A stretch of DNA of 63,827 nt, filler included, from Reticulomyxa filosa (GCA_000512085.1; 13 parts of 13 records of this genome joined end to end with filler, not necessarily neighbours in it); one strand, 5' to 3'; positions 37,401-51,263 are shown, numbered from the whole stretch's first letter. Numbers and translations: made by a program. Notes: a model not told the origin generated them from the sequence alone.

Positions 37401-38468
37401 ATCTTATTTTTCAACAACAGGCAACAAACTAAAAAAAAAGAAACCCTTAGCCTTGAAAGAAAAAAACTCTATTCAAAACAATTATTGTCTTATACTATCA
37501 ATTAACAATTTGTGTTAACGTTTGCTTAAAAACAAAAATATTAAATCAAAAAAAGAAAGCTACTAATTTTCAACAATTTGAATTTATTTCTCTAGTGGAA
37601 GTGCAGACAAAATAATAATTACAGATAATATTACCAATTTGGGACGTCTGCTGATAAGAGACTGCACTAAATGTAATACGAAAAGATTTACTCAAAAAGA
37701 TAGCAGCTTTTGGCAAAACAAAAGTAAATTAAATAAATAAAAGATGAATGACCGGGGGTCCCACCGTTCCATTAGTATTTGAGATTGTACAATAGTGACT
37801 TGCCCTACATGAAGAAGAAAATAAATAAGTAATCTCTAAACCTCACAAAAATAATGCAATATGATAAAAAAGAAAGTTAACTTTGATCAAAATCTTTTTG
37901 TTTTAAAATATCAAAGAACAGAGTAGTTTTTAAATATCGTTGATTTTTTTTTCAATATTTAGAAATTTTTTTAAAATTAAATATTCTTTTTTTAAAAAAA
38001 ATTGTTTGTTATAATCGAGTAATTAAAATAATCAAACAAATTACAATCATAAACAATTTACAAACGCTTTACAAGAAGCTTGTGATTAAAATTAGTGATA
38101 ACCATAAGAAATATATTTTTATCCATCAAAAAAAAAATAAAACAACAGCTTTCAAATTTTTTTAATAGCTGAATCTTTGTCGTGGAAAAATTGTCCCCAC
38201 GTTTATGTTTTTCTTTTGAGTGCTGCTTGTTGTAGATCAAGACAATTTTTTTTACTTAGACTGTAAAATTGTATTATGGAAGGCAATGAGATATGTTTGA
38301 GAGATTGGCAGAGGAACTTTTTGTTGTACCTTTATTTTTTGGAGTTTGATTCCATTGAATCACGTAGATTGCTGCAGTACTTGCATTTTTTTTTCCTAGT
38401 ATAGAAGTAGTTTGGAACCTTAATCATTGTATTAGATACGAAAAGTAACAAAAAAGAGAGGGAGAAGA

Positions 38469-39662
38469 ATGAAAGTAAACAAAATACTTGAGAACCTTCG
38501 ACGAAAGATAAGCAGTCAAAAGCAACAAAGCAATGGATCATTGGAAAAGGACAAAGAGAAAATGGGAATGGGAAACGGTGAGGACAAGACACCCAAAGGA
38601 AATGGATACAGCGAAAAGGATTTATTAGAGGATATGCCCACATTGCGTGAAGTGGTCGACCCCGAAAAAAAGCGCACGTTATTAATCAAGAAAATTGACC
38701 TGTGTGGCATCATATTTGACTTTACCAAAGCAAACAATGTATGTAACATATACATACATATACATACATATATATATATATATACATATGTATATAAACA
38801 TATATACATATATATATATGTATATATGTATGCGTATGCGCGTATATGCGTAGTTGTGATTAATAAAAAAAATGAAAAGGAAAAAAGTCATCAATTGGCG
38901 CGTAATAACAAGCGGCAATATTTGATCGAGTTGGTGGAGCACGCAGGACAATCAAAGCAATGGTGTAGCGAGGAGGTGATGCCGCACGCGGTGGAAATGC
39001 TGAGTACGAATCTGTTTCGGGCGTTGCCACCGCCAATGTACGCGGATTTTGACCCGGAGGAGGACGAGCCGAATTTCGACCCGGCGTGGCCGCACGTGCA
39101 ATTTGTGTACGAATTTTTTCACAAGTTTGTGATGACGACGGACGTGAAGTTGTTGGTGAAGCATATGACAAAGGAGTTTTTGGCACATACGGTGGACCTG
39201 TTCAACTCGGAGGATCCCCGCGAACGTGAGTATGTGAAAATGATTTTGCACCGCATTTATGGACGTTGTATGAAGTCCCGATGCTTCATTCGAAGGACCA
39301 TCCATCAAGCATTGCTGTTGGTCATTTATGACAATGTCCGACATAACGGCATCAGTGAACTGCTGGAAATTTTGGGGAGTATTATCAATGGCTTTGCCGT
39401 CCCTTTGAAGAAAGAACATGTTCACTTTTTGCGACAAGTCTTGATCCCGCTACATAAAATACCGACCTTGTCTCAGTTCCATCAGCAATTGGCGTATTGC
39501 GTCACGCAATTCATTCAAAAGGACGCTTCGCTCGCTGGGGATGTCCTGTCCGGAATGCTCAAGTTTTGGCCCGTCAAGTCGTGTCAGAAAGAAATCCTTT
39601 TCTTGAGCGAGTTGGAAGAAGTCTTGGAACTCACTGCTACGCCTCAAATTGAAAGTGTCATT
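38469..39662 (+). CDS. Protein phosphatase 2A B56 (B') regulatory subunit, 3' truncated
   Basis: NLFRALPP, DFDPEEDEP, PAWPHVQFVYEFF, LFNSEDPREREYVKMILHRIYG, ELLEILGSIINGFAVPLKKEH. Intron ~38739-38879. Confidence 0.96.
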
Positions 39663-39760
39663 GTATGAACTTTTTTTTTTTTTTTTTTTTTTAAGAGATA
39701 ATTTTTTAAAAAATTTTTTTTTTTTTTTTTAAAAAAAAAAAAAGAGAATATTAACAAACC

Positions 39761-39860
39761 NNNNNNNNNNNNNNNNNNNNNNNNNNNNNNNNNNNNNNNN
39801 NNNNTTAATTAATTAANNNNNNNNNNNNNNNNNNNNNNNNNNNNNNNNNNNNNNNNNNNN
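39761..39860. other. Artificial contig spacer
   Basis: N44-TTAATTAATTAA-N44. Confidence 0.98.
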
Positions 39861-41382
39861 TTATATAGAATAGCTCTTCACATCCACAAGTGGCGACGTT
39901 GCGCGTTCTTCGACATGGACGAGTTCCACAATGTCAAGTGCAGTTCCAATGACGACGATGACAACAAGCAGTACATATTCTTTTATTTATTAGTCAATTG
40001 TTCAAGACGTTGTGCTGGTGTTGTGTGTACCGATATTTGGATGCTGCTATATTTCAGCGACTATCTCTTGGCTCGCCAAATAACGTAGCGACTTTTAAAT
40101 CGTCGATCCAATTACAAATGGAGTAGCAGCATTAGATCTTCCTCGCACCAAATTGAAGGCTTAGATATTGACAATGTGTTGGTAGTGATGGCCCCCTGCT
40201 ATATGATACGTACACAATATTTTGTGTCGGCAGGTCGAGTCCCTATCTCTCTCAAAAAATGTCGCCATAATTACGAAATTATTCGGTTTCCAAAAACCGA
40301 ATCACTCGGATTCAAAAAGTGAAAAGGTCTGCCATTGACAAGGCAGATACTCAAAGAAATAGTAGCTCTAGTGGACAAGAGCATTTCAATGATACTTGCT
40401 TCCCTCCAAGTTGGCTCAATCACCCAAAATAACGGAATACTTGATGTGAAGTATTGTCATTGGAATCAAAGCGCGTATTTGAACACAAGAATAAGAACTC
40501 AAGAGGAGTTGTCATTACTTGGTTGGTCATTTGTGCGTATGTCCTCTTTCATGTTACCTGATGCTGTAATCTTGCCTTTGGATCCATTGCTTGAAAAGTT
40601 TTTTTTCCACTTAACATCTTTATACACGTATATTTGATTATTTGTTTATGCGTGTGTGTTGAATAGATGTTTAAAGGTGGTGCAAATTGAAATGGACGTA
40701 AAGTTTGGATTACAGATTAACAAGTTGTTGCTGTTTACATTGTTTATTGGTGCAGTAAGTTTCCAGCAATAATGGTGACACTGATGGCAATGGCAACAGC
40801 AGCAGTAGCAGTAGTGTCGATTATTGTTGCAGTAAAAAAAAAAAATTGGGAACATTATAGTCGAATTATTGCTGCTGGAAATCCGATATGTTATTATTCA
40901 TTGAAAGTGAATCCTATCGTATTTTATGCGCAGCCTATGTTTTAAGTTATAATATATTTTTTTTTAATAATGTGATTGAAACATGTATGTATGATCAACA
41001 CACAAACGTATATAACATAGATCCCAATATATATCTATCGAACAATTGAAAAATAGTGGTTGTGCGGTGCCAGCAAGGATGGAGTGAAGTCAAACACATT
41101 CAATTGCAAATATTTGACACTTGCTTCAAGTGTGTTTTGTTTTTTTGCCCAATTGTAGTTTATTTTGTCGTTTTGTTGTTTTTTTTTAACAATAATTTCA
41201 ACATCCTTCCTCCAAGCTCATATGACATCTTTATCATCAAATTATATTAATTTTGATATTTTAAATCTCGAAGTCGAAAGTATGTGATACTTAACTTCAC
41301 AAATTGTCCTTATTTTTTTGTTTTTTTTGGAAAAGATAGGAGAAAAAAAAACAGCAAAAATGTTTAAAATAAAAACAGTGAC

Positions 41383-42600
41383 TTAATGAACTTGTTGGTG
41401 AAACCAATGATCAAAAAGTCGTCTGACATCTCTTCGACCAGCAGCAACGAAAGCATGAATGCCCTCAGTGGCACCATCTCTATCAGAGTCTAACAACAAC
41501 ATATTTTTGAAATAATCGATATCTTTTTCATGCATTAATTCGAGCATGCTAGCGGGGACCGTTAAGGTAAATAAGACCAATAACAGTCGAGACTCTTGTC
41601 GCAAGACAAGGAAGGCTTCGGCAACACAATCCAAGAAGTTGTCATATTTCGAGGCTTGGTCGATATAATACTTCATAGCCGGATTGAAAAGTAGAGGCAC
41701 TTTTTCTCTTTACATGCCCGTTTTTTTTTAAAGTTACCTAAAAAGTGGCCGAAATTAATATAAAAAAAATGTCCTCGATCAGTGACCAAAACATTGGACG
41801 GATGTCGATCCCCAATTCCCAACACACCTGTAGCAACGCAATATCCTGCACAAGAGCACGTAAAGTTTTCACGCGCTTTAATTAAATCATCTGTTCCAGG
41901 ATTGTGTTTGACAATGTACATATCAATGCTTTCTTTGGCAAATGTGCCATACGTTTTGTTAATATCCTTGACAGTGACGGATGGCAACACGATTTCTAAC
42001 ATACCTACGCTTTCGTTATTCGCGTTGACTCCAGTCGACAATACGCGATAAGGTTTCAAGTGCAAGTCGATTTTATGTTGGAGCATGATTTCCAAAATTT
42101 GAATAGTCAGCATATCTTGTCGCAAATCATCACCGGACTTGAACAGCACGGTGATAGCTTTCGCAAAGGGGTCACTATTTTTCAACTCTAACCACAAAGG
42201 TACCTTGGCCGAGTCCATGAATCGACAGCGATCCACAATGATTTTTTCGCACTCCAACGTGGGTTTAATGGTATTTGGATGGTACTCCTCCATAATCACT
42301 CCAAATCTCTCGCAGTGCTTCAACCCATGGAATTCGGACTTCAGAGCCCAAAATAAATAGTGCCCAATTTGATAAGGATTACGTAGCACCCTTTTAATCA
42401 AAAATGCCTGCAGCCGACTATTGTAATGATTTTCATATTTCAAACACTGTATGAGCTGCAACAAGTACTTACTCAAGTCGCTGTCGTACATGTCCGCAAT
42501 CCAACTCACTGCCTTATCTCGCACATATGTGTCCATGAACTTATAGTCCAGCAATTCGACAGCATCCCAAGGTTTTTTCGGATAACACCATGTGTCGACA
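41383..42600 (-). pseudogene. Phosphoinositide 3-kinase (class I/II-like) pseudogene fragment
   Basis: Helical domain YLLQLIQCLKYE...IGHYLFWALKSE; kinase MDSAKVPLWL, FKSGDDLRQDML, SCAGYCVATGVLGIGDRH. DFG is NFG, the helical-kinase link looks deleted, frameshift plus TAA at 41710-41712, no 5' domains. Confidence 0.88.
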
Positions 42601-42979
42601 TACTTGTGGCATTCGACGATACGTTGGTTTATTTTGTTTACGATACATCAAAATAGAAAAGAAAGTAACTTTGAGATTGTTAGGCTTAATTACGATTTCT
42701 AGTTTTATGTGTAATATATTATGTAAACTTCAAATAAACAAAAGAGAAAAAAATTAAAAGATCTTAGTGTTCTTTTTTTTTGGAAAGTTAATGAAATTAA
42801 AAGTACTGCTCGAGAACTCTTTGCTCTTTTTCATGTATGATATCCTCTTGCAGTATAGTATTGAACAAAATATATAAAAGATAGATATCGCTTGCCTAAC
42901 GTTAAAAAAATTTCCTTCAAATTCAACAAAGCCAAAAAATTCTGTAAAGGGGAAACGTGTACAATAGATAGTCTTATAT

Positions 42980-43847
42980 CATGTCAAAAGAAGAGGACAA
43001 ATGTATTAAAGCAGCAGAGGATAAAGAGACAGAAGAAGAAGAGTACCAAAACGCGTTGCTGGACAAGGCATTATGAGAAGTGTTTGGCAGCTATCTGGAA
43101 ACAACAACAAAGAGACACGCAAGATTTGGTGCAGTCGACAGTTAAAGAGAAGCAACTGAAGCAATTGAAGAGCTTGAAAGCACAGCAGCAGCGAAGCAAA
43201 ACAAATGCTAAACAATAGCAAAAGCCTTCGCATATGGAACATGCCATTGTCGTGGAGCGACCAAGACGTGTGCGCAACGTGTTCAGTTGTTTCGACGAGG
43301 TCAGCAGATGCCAAATCACAGGACTGCAAAAAAGGGCTCGCTATGTCAAAAAAAAGACGTTTTCAAAGTCCGTTCGAGCTGCGATGTGCTTTGACTCGTC
43401 CACTATTGTGCAGTTTTATCAGGGGTCCCTTTTATTGGGAAAAGACAGTTTGTTTTTTTTTTTAAAAAAAAAGACATATACATATATGTATAAATATAAC
43501 TGTGAACTTTTTTTTTTTAGATAGAAATATTATCCGAATATGAACACTCGCGTCCAAAGCACTTGATCGAAATGGAACAACAAGTGAACAAATTCATGTT
43601 CGAGTTTGATCGGTTGACGGCATTGCGATGCAAACAATACAAAGAAAACACACCACATCACATGCGTGGCTGGATTCAAACGAAAGGGGAAGACGTGTTC
43701 AAACGATTCATTACCCGACTAAATTTTTGCAAAAGAAGTATCGTAGTGTCGATTTGCTTAACAGCAAAGGGCTGGCCGACACATATAATGATCAACCTGT
43801 TCCCAATGTCTATAACAAAGAGAAACATAAGAAATAGTATCAATTGA
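42980..43847 (+). pseudogene. Broken reading frames of an unidentified gene
   Basis: Coding-like composition over overlapping ORFs 42892-43218, 43234-43524 and 43563-43847 with an intron-like gap; no family recognised. Confidence 0.3.
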
Positions 43848-45703
43848 ATAATAATAAAGATTTCTTTGCCATTAAAAAAATCACTTGTGATGTGACAGAA
43901 AAATAAGCTGAAAAGCACTAAGATAGCCAAATTTACCAAGCAAGTGGGACAAAGACCACGGGCGAAATGTGGAACATCGTGATCGAGATCAATTCTGGCC
44001 CAAAAAGACTTCTTCGCAACCTTCGTTGCAGTCTTCTCGTCATCCACTTCCAATAGGTAACATCAAAAATTAAATATTCGATCCAAACAATTTCTTTGCT
44101 TCGAAAAAGGAGAAATTTAAACCTACTTAATTCCATTCCGCTTTTGTGTTGATTTTTGTTTGTTATTATTTCGAAATTGAATTACATTATTTTATTGCAT
44201 ATTATCATTGAGTGCATTTTTGTTGCATATTGCTGTGTCATTGCAATCTTTCAGTGATACGCAAACAAAAAAAGTGACATAAGGAGTAATTTTACTAATT
44301 AGTTGAATCTTGGACTTTTATTCGTAAGTAACAATCTTCTAATATAATTCTTACCATCTTTCATTACAAATTCTTATGCAACTAGTTACTAACTTAAAAA
44401 GTAATCCCAACAAACCCATTAATGCAACATTATCAAAATCAAACATTAAACTTGCTCATTTTGGTTTGAAACAGAGTTTGTTCATTAAATGTTCCGTCGT
44501 TGGCATTGAGATTCCATGTGTCCAACTCTCGCTCCAATGAGAGGCTACGCTCACTTGAGCCGTTGTCAACCATTTGACTGTGCCGTCCGTGGCATTGGCC
44601 GAAAATTCATTCAAACACGAGCCCGAACCGTTCCTTTTATATGTATAAATGTATTATATGCGTACATATCTTTTTATGTCATTTATTCATTTGAATAAAC
44701 AAAATAAAGTTATAAATGATAAATGATAAATAATTATTAAAATAAACATGTTCGTCCTTGCAGCTATTTCAATACGATCATTCACTTGCAATTTTTCAAT
44801 CTTTTACTCCATTTTTCCTTTTGCAACTCCTTCTCTTTTTCTTTCAAAATCTTGAGCCGTCCCATTCGTTGAGTTTGACACCGACAAACTTTTCACCTTT
44901 GTCACAGTATCTGAAATCCTAAACGATTTCAATCCAAAGTGTTCTTACAAAATAATGCGTCCCTCCCAAAAAAAAATAATGTGTTTTTTTGACAAGCTAT
45001 TGTATACGTTGTTTCCCCCCCTTAGCAACTACTTTTTCATCATCTACGCAAAAAAAATAAAATTATTTGTCAATTCGATCCCTCCTCCTGGAATGTTCAA
45101 AAATCATAATTTTGTTTAAATATTTTTGCTGCAATGATGACAAGCAGCTTTTTTTAAGTACTGATGAAGATTTGCATACCAAATATCATCTGATTGATAG
45201 TATGTACATTTGCCTGTGCTTTTCCTCTGTTTTCTTGTATTCAATATCAGATCTTTTTCCTGTTGATGATAATTCCAAAAAAGCGGAACTTTTCAACTTC
45301 AATCCAAATTGAATAATTGCTACTTTTGTTATGCTTTGCTTTTTAGAATCCTTTTTTATAAGAGAGCCAGTGTTCTGATAGTCAAGGAATTGAAGTGTTA
45401 GATTTGAAATGTTTTCAAATGAGATTGATCACAATAAGGTGATAAAAACATGACCCTGCTAAACGAATTGAATGAAACAACGAAAAAATTGATGTCCTCT
45501 CTTGACTGTGAAGATAGATGTACATGCCGACCTGAATGTTGCCAATGTCAGGAGAGGCCACAATAAGCAAGCGTACTTGTTTTGGCCGTGATGACAGCAT
45601 CTCTTTTTCAATGATGTTGTTTTGGTTGTATTGGATTTACACTGATTGTTTTCTTTCTGTTTTGGCAGCTGTTGCATTTTGCAGAGGAACGTTGGCGAAG
45701 AAA

Positions 45704-45803
45704 NNNNNNNNNNNNNNNNNNNNNNNNNNNNNNNNNNNNNNNNNNNNTTAATTAATTAANNNNNNNNNNNNNNNNNNNNNNNNNNNNNNNNNNNNNNNNN
45801 NNN
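45704..45803. other. Artificial contig spacer
   Basis: N44-TTAATTAATTAA-N44. Confidence 0.98.
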
Positions 45804-45869
45804 TATATATATATATATATGTATATATTCATTTATTTATTTATTTGCTTATTTCTTTATTTGTGTTAA

Positions 45870-46958
45870 CAAACCCGTCATGTTATCTCCCGAATACTTC
45901 TGATCCTCATCTTTGTGAGGCATATGCGATTGCGGTTGTGATTGCCGATTTTTAGGTCTAAAGGGAGCATATGCAGAATTGCCAGGTTTTGTGATTGCAG
46001 TCGTGTCATTGCTATTGTTGCTATCATTGTTGTTGTTGTGATTATTGTCACTATTGTTTGTGTTATCGTTGACGCCACTACGCTTTTGCTTCAACAGTTT
46101 ACTGTTTCTAGGAGACTGTCTCGCCGACTTAGAAACCCATTTCTTCTGAGTCGGCGTCTCCTCTGTCTTGGCTTCCAAGTTTTGATTCACTTCGTTGGTT
46201 GCATCGTTGTCATTTTTTTTGTTTTTGCCGGCTTTGTGCTTCCAATTGCCCTGACCTTCTAACAGCGCAATCACTCGACCCTCTATCTCTTCCAGTTTTT
46301 TTTGGTTCTCAGCGACCTGGTTTTTTTTTTTTAAGCAAATGAAAAAAAAAAAAAAACACACACACACACACAACAGGGATATAATTTGAAATAAAAAGGT
46401 AAATAAATCAATAAATAAATATATATATATATATATATTTATTGATTTATTTAGTTATTGATAATCATCCGCATTGGTGCAACAAACAAGTAAATAGAAA
46501 CTTTGAGCTTTTGAAAAGGCTGAAAGTGCAGTTGCTTTTGGTTTGGATTGGACTGACGAGTTGGATCGTGAGGAGACGGTGGTGCGGCGTTTAAATTGGA
46601 GTGGTTGAGATTGGAGGCAGTGGTTTGAATGGAATCTCGAATGGAGCCAATGTGAAGCGATTGAAAGTGTGTAAGGAATTTGCGATGTTGTCCAGGCTTG
46701 ACGTTGGAGTCTTTGGTGGAGGAGCCAAGTTCGGCAGAAAAGGCATTCAGCAATAGTTCATTTTGTCCCAATGTATTCAATTGTTGAACCAGTTTTACCT
46801 TTGATTGTTTCATTTCTAACAGTCGATTTTTACGGGACAATTCCCGTGACAATGCTTTCATCTCGCGTTTTTCTTTTTCCAATGTGTCTTTTTCTTTGTG
46901 ATATTTTTCCCACTCTTTCATCAATTGACCTTTTTTTTTTGTGATTTAAACATACTTT

Positions 46959-46993
<35 letters not shown>

Positions 46994-47398
46994 GATTGCC
47001 TTCACAAAACTGTTTGCTCAGCCAATTGGTTCTGCTTTTTGACCATGTCCTTTTCCAACTGTGTCAACGCCCTTGATTCCAGAAACTTTGCTTTGTTCTT
47101 CATACGCATCACAACATATTGACAATTTTAATTGTCATATCCAACTTGCTCAAAACATATGTTTTTACATAAATATGTAATGTACATATTTTTTTGAACC
47201 CTTCCCGCTTCCTCTGATGTTATTTAAAAAAAAACAAAAAAACTATGTTCCACAAATCCAAATAAGTTTTGCAACGCTTTTTACATGAGTGGACTCCGCC
47301 ACCATGACTTTGTTTTGTTGATTGTTATTGTTATTGTTATTATCATTGCTATTGTTATTGCTATTGCTATTGTTGTTGTTGTTGTTGTTGTTGTTGTT
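45870..47398 (-). CDS. Internal fragment of hypothetical coiled-coil / low-complexity protein
   Basis: Exon-like ORFs (MKEWEKYHKEKDTLEKEKREMKALSRELSRKNRLLE; VAENQKKLEEIEGRVIALLE) separated by AT-rich introns. Confidence 0.6.
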
Positions 47399-47498
47399 NN
47401 NNNNNNNNNNNNNNNNNNNNNNNNNNNNNNNNNNNNNNNNNNTTAATTAATTAANNNNNNNNNNNNNNNNNNNNNNNNNNNNNNNNNNNNNNNNNNNN
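47399..47498. other. Artificial contig spacer
   Basis: N44-TTAATTAATTAA-N44. Confidence 0.98.
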
Positions 47499-47604
47499 TT
47501 TTTTTTTTTTCCCTTTCATGTCAAATCTTTTACTTCTTTCTCTCTCTCTCTCTTTTCTGTGGGTACTCTTTTTTTTAACAAAAAAAAAAAAAACAAGGAC
47601 AAAA

Positions 47605-47723
47605 CTGTGACGAGCAAAATCTTGCCTTTGCGCTTCAATGCTTCCTAAATACGCTTGTGCAGTGGCCAGACTACGAAGAACATCAAACGCTACAGTACTG
47701 GGTTTTTCGTTTGATGCAGACAT
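47605..47723 (-). CDS. First exon of hypothetical protein (truncated)
   Basis: ATG 47723 MSASNEKPSTVAFDVLRSLATAQAYLGSIEAQRQDFARH, followed by a GT and T-rich intron-like sequence. Confidence 0.45.
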
Positions 47724-48644
47724 GTCTCAATTCCCAAAAAAGGAAAAAAAAAGGGAAAAAAAACACGTGTGTACAACTTTTTCCGGTAAAAACAAAAAAA
47801 AATTTTTTTTAGATCTACAGTAAAATGAAATGATTGAAGTAAAGATATTTTGTGAAAAAAAACACAATATCCTAACTGAACCTTCAAATCCTTTTTGTTC
47901 AAACTTTTTTACTTACTTGTAACAGCCAACTTCCTCCTGATTTACAGCACGAGACTACTGGATTAAGATTTTATTGACTTTGTTCAAAAGAGCAAGCTTT
48001 GTATTACATTTTTGCAGCTGCTCTTACTTCCGAAGGCAACGTTGTCAACGGCATAACTAACCGGCGAACAAAACAATCTTTCAATGTGGATAAATCCAAA
48101 GATGGACTCACACTTAACTTGTGCCACTTTTGAAAATGAAAGAAAAAAGTACACTAATTTTTTTCACAAAAAAAATTTGCCGTAAAAAAATTAATAAAAA
48201 CGTATAATTGTAAATAATATTTTTGATCCACTTTTTAAAAGTACAAAAAAAAGAACATGAAAAAAAAGTTTTGAAGCAAACCTTTTTCTCAGTTTTTAAA
48301 AGTATGTGATTAATACAAATTGGCCAAAAGATAGCACAAAGATAGTGACATAGAAAATTATGTTTGATGATGTGACATTAATATGTGCCAATTCTACAGA
48401 TGATACTCTTCTTTTGCAAATACGATACTATTTTCTTGTCTGAATTGATGCAACCAATGTGATAAGGATCAGCACAGACATTTATCTAAATATAGATTGT
48501 ACAAAAAGAATACAACAATGTACACGCACCGGAAACAGCAACAAAACAAAAAAACGACTGCCTTCCTGCTTCTTTTTGCTGTCCTATCAGTAAATAAACA
48601 GAGCAGGCCAATAGATCTACATAGTTTCAAAAAAAAAAAGACAA

Positions 48645-49025
48645 ATGGCGGAAATTATCTTCTCGGCACAAAAAATCTCAACCGAGGATAAAAATGAAGA
48701 AGTGAAGAAGCAGCTAACCTTGGAGAAAGAAGCAGAAGTGAGCCTGTCAAGTGAAGAAAATAAAGAAATGGGATTTTGGGATATGACTGCTTTGTTGATG
48801 TGGAAGAACTTTACGACACAATGCCGGCGGACTCCGCGGAAGTGGTTGTGCAAAATATTCTTTCCGGCTATTTTTTTTCTGATCTGTGCATTACTAAGGA
48901 TTGCATCCGAGTCCACCACCTTTGAGACCGACTACGCCACGGAATATGACAACCCTGTATTCATTACTCCAAAAGTCTCTCAGAATTTCACTTGGTATAT
49001 GTTGTGCAATGACGACAATCAAATG
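48645..49025 (+). CDS. ABCA-subfamily ABC transporter, first exon
   Basis: MGFWDMTALLMWKNFTTQCRR then a TM helix (IFFPAIFFLICALLR), matching the ABCA N-terminal LLLWKN motif; truncated at spacer. Confidence 0.75.
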
Positions 49026-49132
49026 TAGGTTTCTTTTTTTTTTTGTATGTGCGTTTTGAAAGAAAAGGGAGAGGAGGGAGGAAGGGAGAAAAAAAAAAAA
49101 AAAAAAAAAAAAAATTTAAAAAAAAAAAAAAA

Positions 49133-49232
49133 NNNNNNNNNNNNNNNNNNNNNNNNNNNNNNNNNNNNNNNNNNNNTTAATTAATTAANNNNNNNNNNNN
49201 NNNNNNNNNNNNNNNNNNNNNNNNNNNNNNNN
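49133..49232. other. Artificial contig spacer
   Basis: N44-TTAATTAATTAA-N44. Confidence 0.98.
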
Positions 49233-49262
49233 CCCCCCTTGTCACATTGTGCAATTTTGTCA

Positions 49263-50163
49263 CCTGCGAATAGTATCGATAGGATAACAAATTGTAGTGG
49301 TGATGGTACCAGCTGCAAAGCCGAGTATCAGCCTCTGTGCGAAATTGGACGCGAAGGAACGATCTTGCCAATTTTTTAAGTGATACGATTTAGTGGTCTC
49401 ATAAATACCAAAACCAAGACCGCCACGGAGCATTGTGCCAAATAAAGTGAGAGGCAAGCCTTGATACAACGCCCACACATTTTCTTGTGTTGCGATATCT
49501 CGCAAAGTTTGCACAACTCTATTGTAATGGAAGAAGCGGTATTGTGTCACTATTCTTACGTTTACCGTGTCAAGTGGATGAGTCAATAATGTCGTTGTCA
49601 CCGACGCCAACGATCCACTCACACTTCGGGTCAATGTCGCATGTTGCTGCATATCTGATAAGTTTTTTTTTTTTTTTTTTTGGTCCAAGTGTGTCACCCT
49701 CTTTGTACATCTCAATATATTTTTTTTTTTTGTCACAAAAAAAAAAAAAACAACAACAAAAATTAGATGAGTAAGCTAATAATAATAAAAATGCTTACTT
49801 CGTTTTTTTTTCTCCCGAAACTTAACAGTCAAAATCCGATTCAAGCCTCCGGACGTAATAGGGAAATAATGTGTAGATCAACGTTGCATGGGGTATATTT
49901 CGTGTCACCGCAGATACACTACCTCTCCAAAGACCATAGAAAAAGCCTTCTTTTTGGATTATTGCTTTGAACACTCCAAACATCGAACGTGATTCCATCG
50001 TGGTTTGGTGTTCCGACACTTGTCGCAACCACTTCACTCGCTGAATCGGTTGCTTCACATATGTCCCGCAAATCCCTGCCAACGAGCCTGATATCATTGT
50101 GATATATGCAGGTTGATGTTCTTCTGTTTGTTTCTCATTTGAAGATGATTTATGAGAGGACAT
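49263..50163 (-). CDS. Mitochondrial carrier (SLC25; CoA/adenine-nucleotide-carrier-like), 3' truncated
   Basis: Three carrier repeats: PIQRVKWLRQ...EGFFYGLWRG; PLDTVNVRI...ENVWALYQG; YPIDTIRR. One intron between repeats 1 and 2. Confidence 0.9.
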
Positions 50164-50740
50164 GGCTCGACTGATGCCTTTTTTTTAATATATCCTCACC
50201 CTCTGTTAAAAAACCAAACACTCAACTTTTGAAACTTTTAAATATTGCTTTTTTATCCAGTACATTCAACTTTCCAGAATTAGCGAAAACGAAATTTTTT
50301 ATGCAACTAGCACAAACAATACATTGAATATCATATACATATATAAATGTAGCATTAACGTAATTGTTCGGGTCATATCGTATGATTTAAATTAGTTTTT
50401 GAAAAGAATTTTTCAGAAAATAACTTCAAAAATCTACTAATATCATCGCTAAATACAAGCATAATTGAAAATAAAAAAAAGCAAAATTTTTTTTTTGTTT
50501 GAAAAATGTTACTCGTGCTACCCTTTATTTATATTTAAGGGTAGATATTGAACAGACATAATGTCTTTAATGCTTGTGTGATATGTGTTAAACGTAATTT
50601 TGATTAACTGTAGTTTAAATGTTTTTCAAATTTGATTAAATTATTAACAAAAACTAAAAAAAGCTATGGAGAGCCCCCTTTTCCATAATCTGTGATAAAT
50701 TTTACTTACTCTTAAAAGAGTTTGGATATTGGAAGTATTC

Positions 50741-51149
50741 ATGTTTTCTGCTTTGAATATCCTATTTATAGTAGTATTAGTGAAGCAAGCGTATGTAAGT
50801 GCGGATGAAGTCTGCCACAACATTTCAATAGACAATTCAACCTGTATTTATAATTGTGACGATAGCAGCACAAATTCATGTAAGGGTGAGACGCTAATCT
50901 GTGACGTGTCAAAGATAAATTGTGTGGTAAACTGCGCAACAACATTAAGTTGTAATGCAAGTGAAATAGTGGCCAATGGACAAGAAAGGTTGGAAGTAAA
51001 CGTGTTGGCGAGCAATAGTTTAATCAACAGCCGAATCCATGGTTACAATGTCAATACGACCAAAATCAATTGTGCAAAAAGTGATGGTTGTGCAAACAGT
51101 CAGTTGCAATTTCCAAAGTCAAATTATATACACGTTCAGTGTCTCTCAC
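50741..51149 (+). CDS. Secreted/surface cysteine-rich repeat protein, first exon
   Basis: Signal-peptide-like MFSALNILFIVVLVKQAYVSA, periodic C-x5/7-C units, several N-x-S/T sequons; truncated. Confidence 0.65.
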
Positions 51150-51223
51150 GTATGTACTGGGACACACGAGTTAATTTAATTCAGCTTTAATTTTAAGTGT
51201 AACATTTAATTTCAATTTAACAA

Positions 51224-51263
<40 letters not shown>

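Noticed and set aside
34500-38460. About 4-kb AT-rich interval as a hidden element or RNA gene
   Set aside because: No terminal repeats, tRNA/rRNA signature or credible ORF seen; possibly very old gene debris, but nothing supportable.
39861-41380. Coding-like patches here and at 44700-45703
   Set aside because: All frames are interrupted and no family was recognisable by eye.
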